This document shows, piece after piece, positions 52,089 through 64,000 of a stretch of DNA of 64,000 nucleotides. This DNA is from Perna viridis (taxonomy: Eukaryota): NCBI GenBank assembly GCA_037379345.1, contig CM074523.1, positions 25,512,995 to 25,576,994 of the forward strand, given 5' to 3'. Within the stretch, counting starts at the first letter, position 1. The number at the start of each line of letters is the position of its first letter. The notes beneath the pieces are model-generated. The model searched no databases, was not told the origin of the DNA, and saw only the letters and a program-made list of their open reading frames with translations. The translations under genes and the position numbers were made by a program.

Positions 52089-54341
52089 CATAATTTTTTT
52101 TTGCAATAAATATGAAAATTTACAGATCTTTCAATATGGAATACTTATCAGACTGAGTGTTAGTTACAAGTAATACCTATACAAAGACATAAGCCAAATT
52201 TGAGGAGTTGAGATAATAGTGACCAAAAAAAAAAATTTGATTGAATAGATGGCAAATGGACAAGGTTATTCAAATACACCATCCACTGGTTGTGTGGGGA
52301 TATCAATGAGTTGGTTAAGGCCAAAATAAAAAAATCCTAGATTCCACTCCTGACCCAATTTTTTCACCCTCCCTGAAAAATATTGATTTTTTCCCAACTT
52401 AAGTCAATTTCTTTCAAACTGACAGCATTTCCCACTCAAATCAATAAAAATAAAAGTTAAAATTCGCCTGCCCTTAATTCTGAAAAATGATGGATGAGAA
52501 TCTAGGAATTTTTTTATGATGGCCTTACAGTAATTAAAAAAAAAGGTATTTATTTTAGTGAAAGTTCTTACCTTGTTGCGTCTTTAGAAAGATATAAGCT
52601 AGAGGATTCAAAATAATGGATGATTTTTTCAATCCTTATCTCCATAATGGTACTATTACACTTCTCCATGGCTCAAAACTATTTCAGATATTTGTTTAAT
52701 ATTGTAACCCAATAGCTAATCCAATACTCTATGTTTCAAGGAAGAGATTTTATAATTTTGGAACTCTACTCCTCAGTCCTAAAGCCAATCCAAATCCTAT
52801 GCACAGGAAAATTAAAGATGTAAATTTTTTGTTTCTGAGCACTATAGCCAATCCAATAATCCAAAAACGGGAGCCAAGATAGAGATTTCAAAATTTTGAA
52901 GTACTTGGAAACTCAGTTAATTTATGTTACTGAGAATGTTAAATGATAAGACAATTATGCTTCAATCAGTTTGAAGTAGAACATTTGCAATAGTAATAAA
53001 GCAATCACAACACACTTCAAGAACAAGAGAACAACATTCAACAACCCCATAAATCTCAGAATCTCGGCAGAAGTTGAAAATCCATCTCATCCAATCAGAA
53101 TTTTTTTTTGTTCTTGACTTTTCAATAATAAACCCTGAATTTCCCCTTATTGCACAGACATTCACAATCGTAAATCATAAATTCCAATCCTGTTTTAAGA
53201 TTTGAACTCCTAGGGCTGATTTCTTGAATCTCGAACACTTTGTATCATCCCCCCTTTTTTGGAACCAAATATTTGAAATGCTCAATTACAATGCAAATAC
53301 ACAAATCTATGTAATTACTTCACTAGACAACAAACAAGGGTGTTTTAAAGATTCTTCCCGTCTCACATTTTTCATAATAAAACCAATCTCAAAATGTCAC
53401 AATGAAATTTAAACAAAAACATGTCCATGAAAACCTATTTACTCAAACTCGACAAAATTCAAATTTTTAACACCATTTCAAATACAGATTATGCATATTT
53501 CAACATCAATTGTATTACATAGAGTGTAAACAAATGTTTAAACCCAAAAAACATTAAATAACATAAGATTTTATCAAGTCCAAACTGATTAAGAGATATG
53601 CCATCCATTATTTAATTAACACCTCATGACATCTAATACTGGGCCATCAGTTCAATGTTTAAATTACAATGTAAATTGGTCCTCAAAATTTGACACAATA
53701 TTGACAAAATTTCAACGTTCAAGTATAAAATAAACACCAGTGCTTAAGAACATGATAAACCTGACCCCCCCCTTTTTGTTTTCAAATTTCTAAGTTCCAT
53801 AACCATGGAAGAATAAATTAAAATCTAAATAAACTCTAAATAGAGCTTTCTTCTGTGAACAAACATCAAACAGACGGACAGACAATATGGTAAACCATTA
53901 GTCTTGAAAGATAGGCCTTTAAACTTCAATCAACGATTGTTATTTTTTAATTAAGGTGTCTAAAAGAATTTGAAATGTCAGTTTTGTTTAAGTGTGATTT
54001 AATCATTGGAATTCAGTGACATTCTAATACTTGTTTTGGGACTGAATTTCAACCCCTATTGCCAAAGCGCAGTATGTTTCAGAGATCCAAAACTCCAAAT
54101 AATGACTGGAAACATTGTCTCAAGATTTGTGCATGGTTTTAATAAAAAATGATTTTTTTTATAAAAATCCTTGCCCTCATATATATACATTATTTCTCAA
54201 AGTAACAACTGTCATGCTTCTTTCTTACCAATGGCAGAGGTCTAAGGTCCTTTCCAAATAAACAGTTTGACAATCATTGACATTAAGTCACTTGATATAG
54301 CTACCTGTACATTCACAGGGAACTCATTGTTTACAACATAC

Positions 54342-55013
54342 CTATTGCCCTTCCTGTTATCCTTTATAGGAGGAAACCTGCATCCCTTTGACCTATCTTT
54401 GACATCTGCCAATCTATGCTCTCCCTTTGATTTCTTGTTTTTGAATTCCCCTTTCTTTTCTTCATGACCCACAGACCTATTTTTGTTTTTTCCCTCCTCA
54501 ATATTTTCCCTGCTCCTTTTGTCATATCCTTCAGCCCTCCCCTTATCTCCATATGACCTCCTTCTTTCTGTTGCATCATGAAATCCACCACCTATCTTTT
54601 GTTGCCCTTCTGACCTTTCAAGGTCATGACCCCAGCCCTTTTTGTATCTATTGTCCTCTGACCTTGAAACTTTCTCCCACTGTTGATACCCATCACTTAT
54701 TTCCTCAAAGAGAACGCTTTCTTTGTGCCTCTTTTTGTACATATCTGTGAGCCCCTTCCCCTTTTCATCACATATCTCTGACCCCTTTTCAACCAAATCT
54801 GACCTTACTGAACCACCATCACTGCTCCTGCTGTGCCCATCCACAATTACTTTTGCTCCTTTGCCCACTCCCTTTCCATTGGACAAATTAGCCATTTCTT
54901 TGCTGCCATCAAGACTTTTTGCCTTCTCACGAAACTTATCAACCCCTGATTTATACCCTTCAGCCCTGCCTTTGTACCAATCTGTTTTAGCTTCAAAACC
55001 TGTTTTCTGAACA
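54342..55013 (-). CDS. Gene 2 large G/K/D/E/R-rich exon
   Basis: Overlaps most of ORF 54242-54895; long polypyrimidine tract then aaAG acceptor (phase 2), AG|GTATGT donor (phase 2); boundaries less certain. Confidence 0.7.
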
Positions 55014-55128
55014 CTTTAATTAATAGCACAAAAAAAAAGAAAGAAAAAAAAATTAGTGCAAAAAAACAATACTTAATGTACCATTAAACACAACACCTAC
55101 CAAAACAGAAACATTTGTCCTGTTCTAA

Positions 55129-55345
55129 GTACAGTGAAACCTGTCTAAACCAAACCCTGAATAATCCAAAAACCTGTTTCAACTGGACCCAAAATAATAA
55201 AAAAAACCTGTCTAAACCAGACATTTTTTTTTTAAGTTCTAGTACAAGCTTAAAGGTATTTTGAACCTGGATAAACCAATAACCTGCCTAACCTGAACAA
55301 ATTCTACATCCCAAAGGGGTTTGGTTCAGACAAGTTTCAATGTAA
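55129..55345. mobile_element. MITE (TA|CAGTGAAACCTGTCTAAACC; pogo-like). Related copies at 11868-12090 and 50114-50288
   Basis: TIRs with TA flanks. Confidence 0.65.
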
Positions 55346-55743
55346 CAGGAGAGTTTGGCCTGTTAATGTGAAACAGCTGCCAAAACAAGAATGTTAAACA
55401 GGAAAAAAATGTATTAGCACATTTACAGTATTACAAAAGAAACTTTGTAAACCAATTTATTTTTTTTTGTGTAGATATTTATTTTCACGTTTCAGATTTT
55501 AATTCAAATTTGCTACAATCTAGTTTCAAGACTTATAATATTGTGTAATGAAGGGGCTTATTCATGGCAATCTATTTTTCATTTTTTACATTTCATAAAA
55601 TGAGTGAAATATTAATTGCTCGGTAAAATAAGTTGGTTTACATGCAAAAACCTTACCTTCAAAAGTTCACGGTATAGGGAGACCCCCCATAGGGACTTAG
55701 CCCTTTCCAGTAATATTGTGTGGGCCATGAATAAATACCCTAC

Positions 55744-55819
55744 CTCTCCTGGGGCTCCACACCATCCCCCTCCATACCAGGAACTGCAATTGTCTCATCT
55801 AATTCTTGAATTGGTGTTC
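55744..55819 (-). CDS. Gene 2 exon (TPIQELDETIAVPGMEGDGVEPQE)
   Basis: ttttAG/GTAGGG, phase 1-2. Confidence 0.7.
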
Positions 55820-57188
55820 CTAAAATTTAATTAACAAATGCATTTAGCAATATGCCTTCTATGATTGGTTTGTAATTTGAACACAAGAAACATTCTTGTA
55901 ACTTTTTAAAAAAAACTTTCATTGGACTCAAGAGGAGTTGAACTCACAAAAAAACTGTGAATAAAGGGTAGAATCTGTACGAACACAGACCATATTAAGT
56001 TTTTCCTTTCCCAGCAGAAGATAAAATTATCACTACTTAAATGATTACAATATCATTTGCCATAAACTATAACATTTTCTAAATGTCTTTATCTTATTAT
56101 AATCTAATTATTTTATAACATAATTATTAAAACGAATCATGATTTTATTGGTAAATATTATATATTTTAAAAGAGATGCAGTCTCCATAGCTTTGCTCTA
56201 ATATGTTGTAGCCAATGGAAGTTAGGTTATGCAAATTTTTATACCCCCACTTGCAAAGTGGGGTATACAGTGATAGTTTCAATAAGCAAGCATGCAAAAA
56301 TAGACATATATATATGTATATAAATGTACATCATATTTTTAGATTAACATATAACTTTTTTGTAAATGCGTTATAAGTGATTGTTTAAATCTTATATTGT
56401 CTACCTTATACCACATACCATATATCACACCCCTAGACCAATATCACATGCCCTACATCATGTCCCCTAGGCCTATATCGCATACCCTATATCACACCCC
56501 TTTACAGACCGTAGTTGAAGTATGGTTTAAATATATGATATAATGAACATGACAAGTCAAAATTTGTACCACATGCCGTATCAACCCACGACCTATATCA
56601 ACCTGCGGGCTGGTGACCCTTGGGATGATATAGAAGTCTCGGGTTGATACAGCATGTGATACAGATTTTGATATGTAATACTCAGTATATATAGCAAAAT
56701 AAAGCACTAAAAGCATTTTATAAAGTAAAGAAAGACCACTTGCTGTAGGTCCATCATATAAGACATCTATGCATCTTTCAACCAATTCTTCTACTGTCAA
56801 AGTGCTATTGTTTGTAGGGTACCAATTTTTGTGGTTTTCATGGGTGGGCTAAACCACGAAATTTGGCCCTTAACGAGGAAATTCCCTTTGATTGTGTATA
56901 CTGAAAATATCAAAACCACGAATTCAAGAATCCACAAACTTGTGTTTCTTCCCTCATCCACATATTCATATATATAATCCTATATTCTAAAGTTTGGGAT
57001 AGTTAAAATGTTTCATTGGAAAAACTTTGTAATTTCCAAATTGATTCAGTATCTTATATTAGAAGTCTTCAATGTGAAAAACTCAAATTTTCAAATGGGT
57101 ATAGTAGGGCGTGCACAAAAAAGTACAATTTTTTTCAGTTTTGTCAGAACTAGGTAGATTTCCGCTGCATTTTGATGTTTTAAAATCT

Positions 57189-57578
57189 TTAAGTACCATT
57201 CTGTGTAAGAATCAGGCAATGGGTGGCACATCATTTTCCCCAATTTAGTCATTTTCACCTAAAATATATTCATTACATCTAGAAAACAACCAAAAAGATA
57301 TTTAAGTTCATCCTGAAGCATCTGTGACATAGATATTTTTTTACTGCTTATCAGGAAACAGTGCAGGAAAATTTCCCCGCCATTTTTTGTAGTGCATTTC
57401 AACTAAATTAAGGCTATAAATATCTTAAAAAGGCAAATTTTACAAACACTTTGATCGTTATTTCTGGTGGTTATCAGGTATAATTAATTGGTTAATGCAA
57501 TAAAATCTCAGTGTTTTTTCCCTTCTAGTGCCACACCTTCTATACATTTGCCTGATTCTTAGATGGAGAAATACTTAA
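57189..57578. mobile_element. MITE family B (TTAA|GT..AAGAATCAGGCA...TGCCTGATTCTT..AC|TTAA). Other copies at ~10803, 17341-17505, 18139-18522, 26268-26592, 29870-30210, 33596-33850, 35773-36155, 48046-48450
   Basis: TTAA-flanked imperfect TIRs with a shared 12-bp subterminal core. Confidence 0.75.
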
Positions 57579-59682
57579 TTAATTACTGGTTTTGATTAAA
57601 AAAAACCGAGTGTTTGATTCTTTTTTTCACTTTGAGTTAGTTTTTCAATGAGTTTGAGTTGAAATGACCTGCATTTAACAGCTGATCGTGATGTCTCTAT
57701 CATTTGCCAGTAAAATTTTGATCACTTGAAATTAGTATAAACAAACTGTAAGAAATAATCAATCACCGATAATCCTCCAAAAAATTATCATCCAAAAAGA
57801 ATTTTCAAACACATATTCAATATTGGTACAATATGATTGTTCATTAACACTTTATAATTCAATTGCACCATTTTTTTATGGAAAAGCGCACATATTCTGT
57901 CTAAACCCATGGGTGAGATACCACTAAAGAAATCTCACAAAGCTTAAAATATGAATTTTCTTGTCTCTTTTAAGTGAGAAATTGAGATTTTATGCAGGTT
58001 CATGCACTGACCGCATATCATCAATAAATATGTCAATACATTTTGGATGCAGTATAATGCAGAATGAGTGTGCCAGGTATGTATCCCATTCATTAACTTA
58101 TTCCTAAGCTACTTTCTGGGTATTTTCTACAGATGTTGTTACCTCCCTTATATACTGTTACCAGTTACAAATTATCCTCCCTAAAAAATACTTTTTCACA
58201 ATGTTACCCTAAAATTTTTAAAATGAAACTAAAATATTTTTTTCAAGTGCTATAAAGTACAGTTTTATTGTAGTATTGATATACTTAAATTTATTTTGCC
58301 ATATAAAAAATACTTCAATACCTTAAGCATTTCAGACATGAAATAGTTTATGAACTTATTACCAACACTATCACTTCATACTTAAGTTATATAGTTAAAA
58401 ATTTATCGAAATCACATGAGTTCTTTCTCATGTAGGATGCTGCTCTACTTTAATCTACAGCTAATAACACAATGCCCAGGGTTCAGGCAATTGAAATGAA
58501 GTGTAGTCTAGTTCAATCCTATACAGTCCTCTATTACTTGGCCTAGTCGTTGAGAATTTTGAAGGAAAGGACTGAAATTCTTAATCAAAACCTGGAACAA
58601 GCTCCAAAACAGAGAAAATAAACAAAAACAAACCAAAATTATTTCATGTTGATGCTGAAAATTTATTAAAGACAATAAAAATCATAATAAGTTCATATAT
58701 CTAAGACTTTCATGTCAGTTAGGTGAATTAAAGTAGCACTTGCATTTACGGTGGTTTCAAAAATTCTTTCATTGAAGTTAGTAAATATTGAAATATAATT
58801 AATCTTGAAAATTATACATAGAGTATGAGGATACAACATTGTATTTAAAATATGCCTGAAGAAATACAGATAAAGTCGACCTTTCTACTTCTAAATTGGG
58901 TCTAAGTTGTGAAATAATTCTTTATCAGAATTATTGCCCTGAAAAGGCCAAATTTGATGGTTTTTTTGGCTGTTATAGTTGATTTCTTGAAAACCTTTAT
59001 AGAAATAAATAAAAAACTTCCATTTGATGGAATGATTCTTCAAACTAGGCATACTAAAGTCTTACAAGGGGCAAAGGTTATGATGTACAAAAATAATTAA
59101 AAGTAATTGCCCTTGAAATGATATAAATCCTTGAGGTTCATGAAGTCTATCACCATAAATATTCAATAAACTTAGCTACATGTAAGACTTAATACAAGTA
59201 ATGGGTTGGGATGTGTTCAAGGACTTTTCTTTCCATTGGTAATGCTTGAGGAAGTTATTTACGTAATTACAGAATGCCAAGTTATTCCAGAAAATGCCAA
59301 CCTTAAAAGAAAGTGTGTGCACTTCAGGAACAATAAGATATTTGAGCATTTTGGTTCACTACTAGTCCAACACTCAAAGCTGGATCTGTAATGTCCTAGC
59401 CTGTGAATGGAACAGACAATAACCATGAAGGCAGACCATCGGCACATATTATCAGAAAGGATAATTACCAATGCAACAAAAAATTCAGAAAATGACAAAA
59501 GTGGAAGTAAACAAACAGTAAAAGAGAAATGTTATGGTAAAATCCAGATTTGAAAAAGCACTTATCATAACCAAACCATAGAACTCTAGTTAGTATATTT
59601 AGTAAGCAACAATGGCTACCAACTACAACTAAGTAAGCTACATTTGAAAATATGCTACAGTATAAAGTAAGCTACAACTTCA

Positions 59683-59870
59683 AAAGCAACCATGCATTTA
59701 TCATTTGATTAATGCAACCACATTAAAAGCAACCATGCATTTATCACCTGATTAATGCAACCACAATAAAAGCAACCATGCATTTATCATTTGATTAATG
59801 CAACCACAATAAAAGCAACCATGCATTTATCATATGATTAATGCAACCACAATGAAAGCAAGCATGCAAA
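59683..59870. repeat. Tandem repeat, ~43-bp unit, ~4.3 copies
   Basis: aaaagcaaccatgcatttatcatttgattaatgcaaccacaat. Confidence 0.9.
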
Positions 59871-60238
59871 TCTAGAACCATTTTAATGTGTAAGTCTAAT
59901 GCATATGCTGTTGTTGCATATACCATTGACGACACAGTCTCCTGAATTATCTCCCTTGGATACAATGTCATCCGAGTCATCTTCCTTGCTGCCATTTGGG
60001 AGTTTTATCAAAACCTCTTCCATAAGTTCAGGACAGTTAAGAACCACTTTCTCCTCAATTATTTTATCAGCACAATCAACTTCGTCTTTTGCCAGTATTT
60101 TGGTCTCATTTTCTGATTTATTGTCAAAATCTTCAAGTTTGATCTCTGAACACCGTTTGTCAAGTTCATGGAAAAGAGTCTTTGTATTTAGATTACGGCC
60201 ATTGATTTTTCTCATTTTGTTGGTAAAATCCCCATCAC

Positions 60239-60307
60239 CTTGTGAAACATCAGTTGAATAACCATCATAACCACTCAGGGTAGATAACCCAGAGAGTTCT
60301 CGTGTAG
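60239..60307 (-). CDS. Gene 2 exon (TRELSGLSTLSGYDGYSTDVSQ); frame also stays open to a stop at 59883
   Basis: cttgcAG acceptor in phase 1; weak donor AAG|GTGATG gives the phase 1 needed by the next exon. Confidence 0.65.
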
Positions 60308-61928
60308 CTGCAAGAGGCCAGATTGCATGTGCTAGATACAGTGTATATAAAGTGTACTTCAAATACCGCAAAAAAATGTCAATTTGGGGGGAATGCTTCA
60401 TGCTGTGTACTACACCATTCAAGTGATAGCCAATTATTAATCAATAGAATCAACAAAACAAATGTGATTCTGATTTTTACAAAATCATACCAAGGGGAGA
60501 AACTCTCCATCAAGAATGATGTAAATACCTCTAATACATTTGAAACCCCAGCAAACTGTGTTGCTTAATTATAAGAAATCCAGTAAAATAGACATCCTAG
60601 CTCCTAACATATAAAACCACTTGTTACAGATCACATAAGATTTGATTTGGATAGAGAATTTAAAAAAAAGGGAAACACAAAATATGGCTTTCCTCAGTCA
60701 TGTTAAAAAAAGACACTGACCTTTGACCTTAAAAAAGGAAGACCTAATATGAGCAAATAGTAATACTATATGGTGGGATATTTTGGCAGGTGTACCAATT
60801 GGCAATTTTGAGGCAAAAAGTAATATAAAAAATTTTGGTGTTTCTAATTTAGGCTGATGCTAATTGGTGCACTGATTACTGATGCCCAAAATATTTTGCA
60901 GAATTTAATTTAGCATTTTTAGAAAAACTGCTAATATAAACCAAAATTACCATCCTGCAAAACTTACAAATGTACCCGCTATATGGTTACCAGATGTACT
61001 AAAGCACATGATATGCCTGTCTCACTATGAATACGGAAAGGACAAAACTAAACTTGGAATCCTCTGATTGTGTTAAAACTAGAAAAAAAACTCCCTGAGA
61101 TTACCCCCCCCCTTTTTCCTGCTTCAAATGGAGTTAAATGCACAGCCCTAATGCTCAGTTATTCCCCTTTTGAGTCCAACAACAGTGACTATATTTCTTC
61201 TTATACATCTATTTATGATGCCAAACCTTCCAATACAATTTCATCAAACACTTCGAGCGGTTAAGGAGAAGTTATGTTTACAAGGTTTTAACATGTAAAA
61301 TCTTTAAAAAGGTGGGATGATTCCTATATACCCAAACAATCTTTGTTTGCAAGGGGTATAATTAGACTGACATTTACCTTTGCCCTTTAAAATTAACTGG
61401 ATGCTAAATATCTAGGATTAAATATTTGCTAAGTTAAGTTCAAGCATTTAAAGAATGCTGTTTCTAGCGTGTCCAGGAGATTTTAATTGACAGAAATTTT
61501 AAGGGGACAAATGGTAGCATTCTTTAATCCCCTTGCTACTTCTTTGGTTGAGGCATAATAACAGCTGTGCCAAAGCACATGATATACCCGCCATTCCTTT
61601 TCAGTGCTAAAAATATGATGATTCTGAATAAAAAATATAAAAATTATAGAAAGCAAAATCCTTCATGTAGATAATAACATTAAGACAGAGAAACATGATT
61701 TATCGTAATTTCTCCATAACTGTGAAACTACTTTAATCTTGGGTACCAATTTTAGTGGTTTTTGGATAAATTATCAGTTAGTAGAATTTAGAATTTGTTG
61801 ATTTGACAAACACATGGAAAATTTCCTTTTCATTGGGTACCAAACCTACAAAAACCACGAAAATATATACCCCACGAACAATAATGATTTCACAGTATAG
61901 GTATACAAACTTCCTGAGAAGTACTTAC

Positions 61929-62058
61929 GTGAGCCTTTACTGAGGAAGGTAAGTTCCCTAAGGCGAGTAGATGCTCTGCTGGCAGCTTCTGTCATGTAGA
62001 GTGATTCCTGTTTATATTTATGCTGTCTACCATCCCAAGCCTTGCCAATATCGTTCAA
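61929..62058 (-). CDS. Gene 2 exon (LNDIGKAWDGRQ..LSKGS)
   Basis: ttttAG/GTAAGT, phase 0-1. Confidence 0.85.
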
Positions 62059-62590
62059 CTAAAAGTTGAAAGTAAATTACCATCAAATTAGAGTGGAGGA
62101 ACTATTATTTCTGTGGTACTTGTGTTTAAAGTTTTTTGTGGTTCGGTCGAAACATGATAGAATATTTGTGTTGATATTTTTACATTACATGTCTTATTAA
62201 ACAAATACAAAAATAAGACTGCCACTAAGGCCAAGGAAAAAGTTCTTGGTTCTCAGTCTTAACCTCCTCTTTTTTGGAGTTGCTAAATTATCAAATTACA
62301 TTACCATATTTACATATCAGCGAAATACAAAATTGACTCCTGATTAGTAAGTTTGGGGCTTTGAACAATGTAAAATATTTTTTTTATCACTTAAATCACT
62401 TTTGGGAAACTAAAAAGAGCTCCCATACTCACTGGTTCACATATCTTTGGAACAAAGAAATTATCCATGAATGTTTCCTTAACTTGTTTTTTGCTTTACT
62501 TTTGGTGGATGACTGTCTCATTGGCAATAATACCACATCTCCTATTTTTTTTATCAGTGTAAAAAGTACAATGTAAGGGAGATAACTTAC

Positions 62591-62716
62591 TCCAATTTCA
62601 GAATCACTGTCATATATTGAGGAAGTATCATCCACCCAATTATTGATCCAATCAGTGAAGCTCTCTGACCTATAGGGGACATCTAATCTCATGGCTAGTG
62701 CTTTCAATGCTTCCTC
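62591..62716 (-). CDS. Gene 2 exon (EEALKALAMRLDVPY..DSEIG)
   Basis: acAG/GTAAGT, phase 0-0. Confidence 0.85.
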
Positions 62717-63479
62717 CTGTAATAAAACGATCATCATACGAGAAAAGTCTAGACTTCTGAAAAAGGCAGTTAAGTATAAATATGTAGCTTGAGGCCATAT
62801 TTTCTATAAACAAACATGGCAGCAATGTTAGATTGTTTTATGCACCATAATAAACACAACATCTGAAGAACATTACCTTTATAATGCTAATAACAAATTT
62901 GTTTTACAAATATAGCTAATATAAACTCCCCCCCTTTTTACTTTATCACAGTAGTTTTATGTTTACAAAATATTTTAGTGCTTTCTCAGACTACCTTTTG
63001 AATTTTAAAATCTCAATTTGAGATTTTTCTTATGGAACCGGGTCTAGGACCTACATGTAGATGAAAAGATTTTGAAGGTCCTAAATCAGCAATTTGAGGG
63101 CCCTTAACCATGAACCTACATTTATTTGAACCCCACAGAGTGATTCCATATTTAATGTACTGACCTAGCCAAAAGTCTACAATTGATAAATGATACAGGC
63201 CTATTTTGGCCAAAAAGTGTTCTTGACTTACCTGGTACCTTATCCTCTTGGTACAGTCAGCACATTATATATGGCTATGTTAGGTTATTTTAATTTGAAT
63301 GTCTCCATATTAGAGTACAGACTTCATCAAAATGTTATGATATAGGTCACTTTTGTCCACAAAGTGTTACCACATCCTCTGGGCTAAAATGGACCTGTTA
63401 GTTTATTTTTATCTGAATGGCTCTGAATATTACACACACTGACTTATATGCTTCGGTCCAAAAAGTGTTCCGGACTTAC

Positions 63480-63608
63480 CTCATCCTCTTTGCTATCAAA
63501 GTGAGGTTGGATCATACCAAGGGACTCCATCAGTTCATGTAACTCATCCTTGTTTTCAATACCAGCAAGGTATGCCAGAGTTTCCTTTGCTTCATCTCTC
63601 AAATCCTC
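63480..63608 (-). CDS. Gene 2 exon (EDLRDEAKETLAYLAGIENKDELHELMESLG..)
   Basis: tgtAG/GTAAGT, 129 nt, phase 0-0. Confidence 0.85.
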
Positions 63609-64000
63609 CTACAATGGATGTTAAAGGTCAAAGGTGAGAGTTCACATCACATCAATGACACTCATGACAGAAAGCAGTTAAATAGGAAATCAATCGACTG
63701 ACATGACAAAAATAAAACACATTTTCAACTTAAAGTACAAGATGAAAAATCTTTTCTAAAATCAAGAATAAACAGGCAGACAGATAATTTGATTGCAGTA
63801 TAGCCCATATTCCACATTATTTAATAACATGAACAATAATAAAATACAGAAAAACATCAAGCTTTGGAGTCCAGACAAAAAATATCACAGCCAGCCCAAC
63901 ATAACGAGATGTAATCTTCTGTCAAGAATTCAAAAACTTACAGTATTATGTTTATTGGTGATGTCAATGTCGAGGTTACATAACGCTGTCATTGAAAATT

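Larger units (their letters stand above)
20442..63608 (-). other. Gene span: uncharacterised large protein, 5'-incomplete, 17 coding exons (882 aa in window), mostly low-complexity
   Basis: Seventeen GT-AG exons join with consistent phases into a 2649-nt frame ending in TAA. I recognise no domain; only the first exon looks helical. Confidence 0.8.

Noticed and set aside
52962-53260. Minus-strand ORF with Cys-rich end
   Set aside because: Stops in the neighbouring frames, no compatible splice sites, no recognisable homology.
55657-55743. Stronger downstream donor (AAG|GTAAGG at 55656) for exon 55744-55819
   Set aside because: The extension contains a stop in the coding frame; at most an unproductive isoform.

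Overview
AT-rich, intron-rich eukaryotic genomic DNA. The repeat landscape (Helentron-type elements with satellite cores, Penelope-like remnants, SINE tails) suggests an invertebrate, probably a bivalve mollusc; this is inference. I reconstructed two convergent genes by hand from GT-AG sites and phase continuity, both missing their 5' ends. (1) + strand, 163-17933: the last 13 coding exons (610 aa) of a receptor-type guanylyl cyclase, covering the pseudokinase, coiled-coil and cyclase domains and a repeat-containing tail. (2) - strand, 63608-20442: 17 phase-consistent exons (882 aa) of a large, mostly low-complexity protein I cannot name. Introns are packed with non-autonomous DNA transposons, a pogo/Tigger remnant, Penelope-like retroelement pieces, SINEs, minisatellites and a local segmental duplication. 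The most unusual signal is a recurrent architecture: at five exon boundaries across both genes, the exon edge plus its splice site has been tandemly amplified into the adjacent intron. One intron starts with about 20 copies of the exon end plus CAG|GTAAG donor and ends with three extra copies of its acceptor, and use of any of these extra sites would be non-productive.
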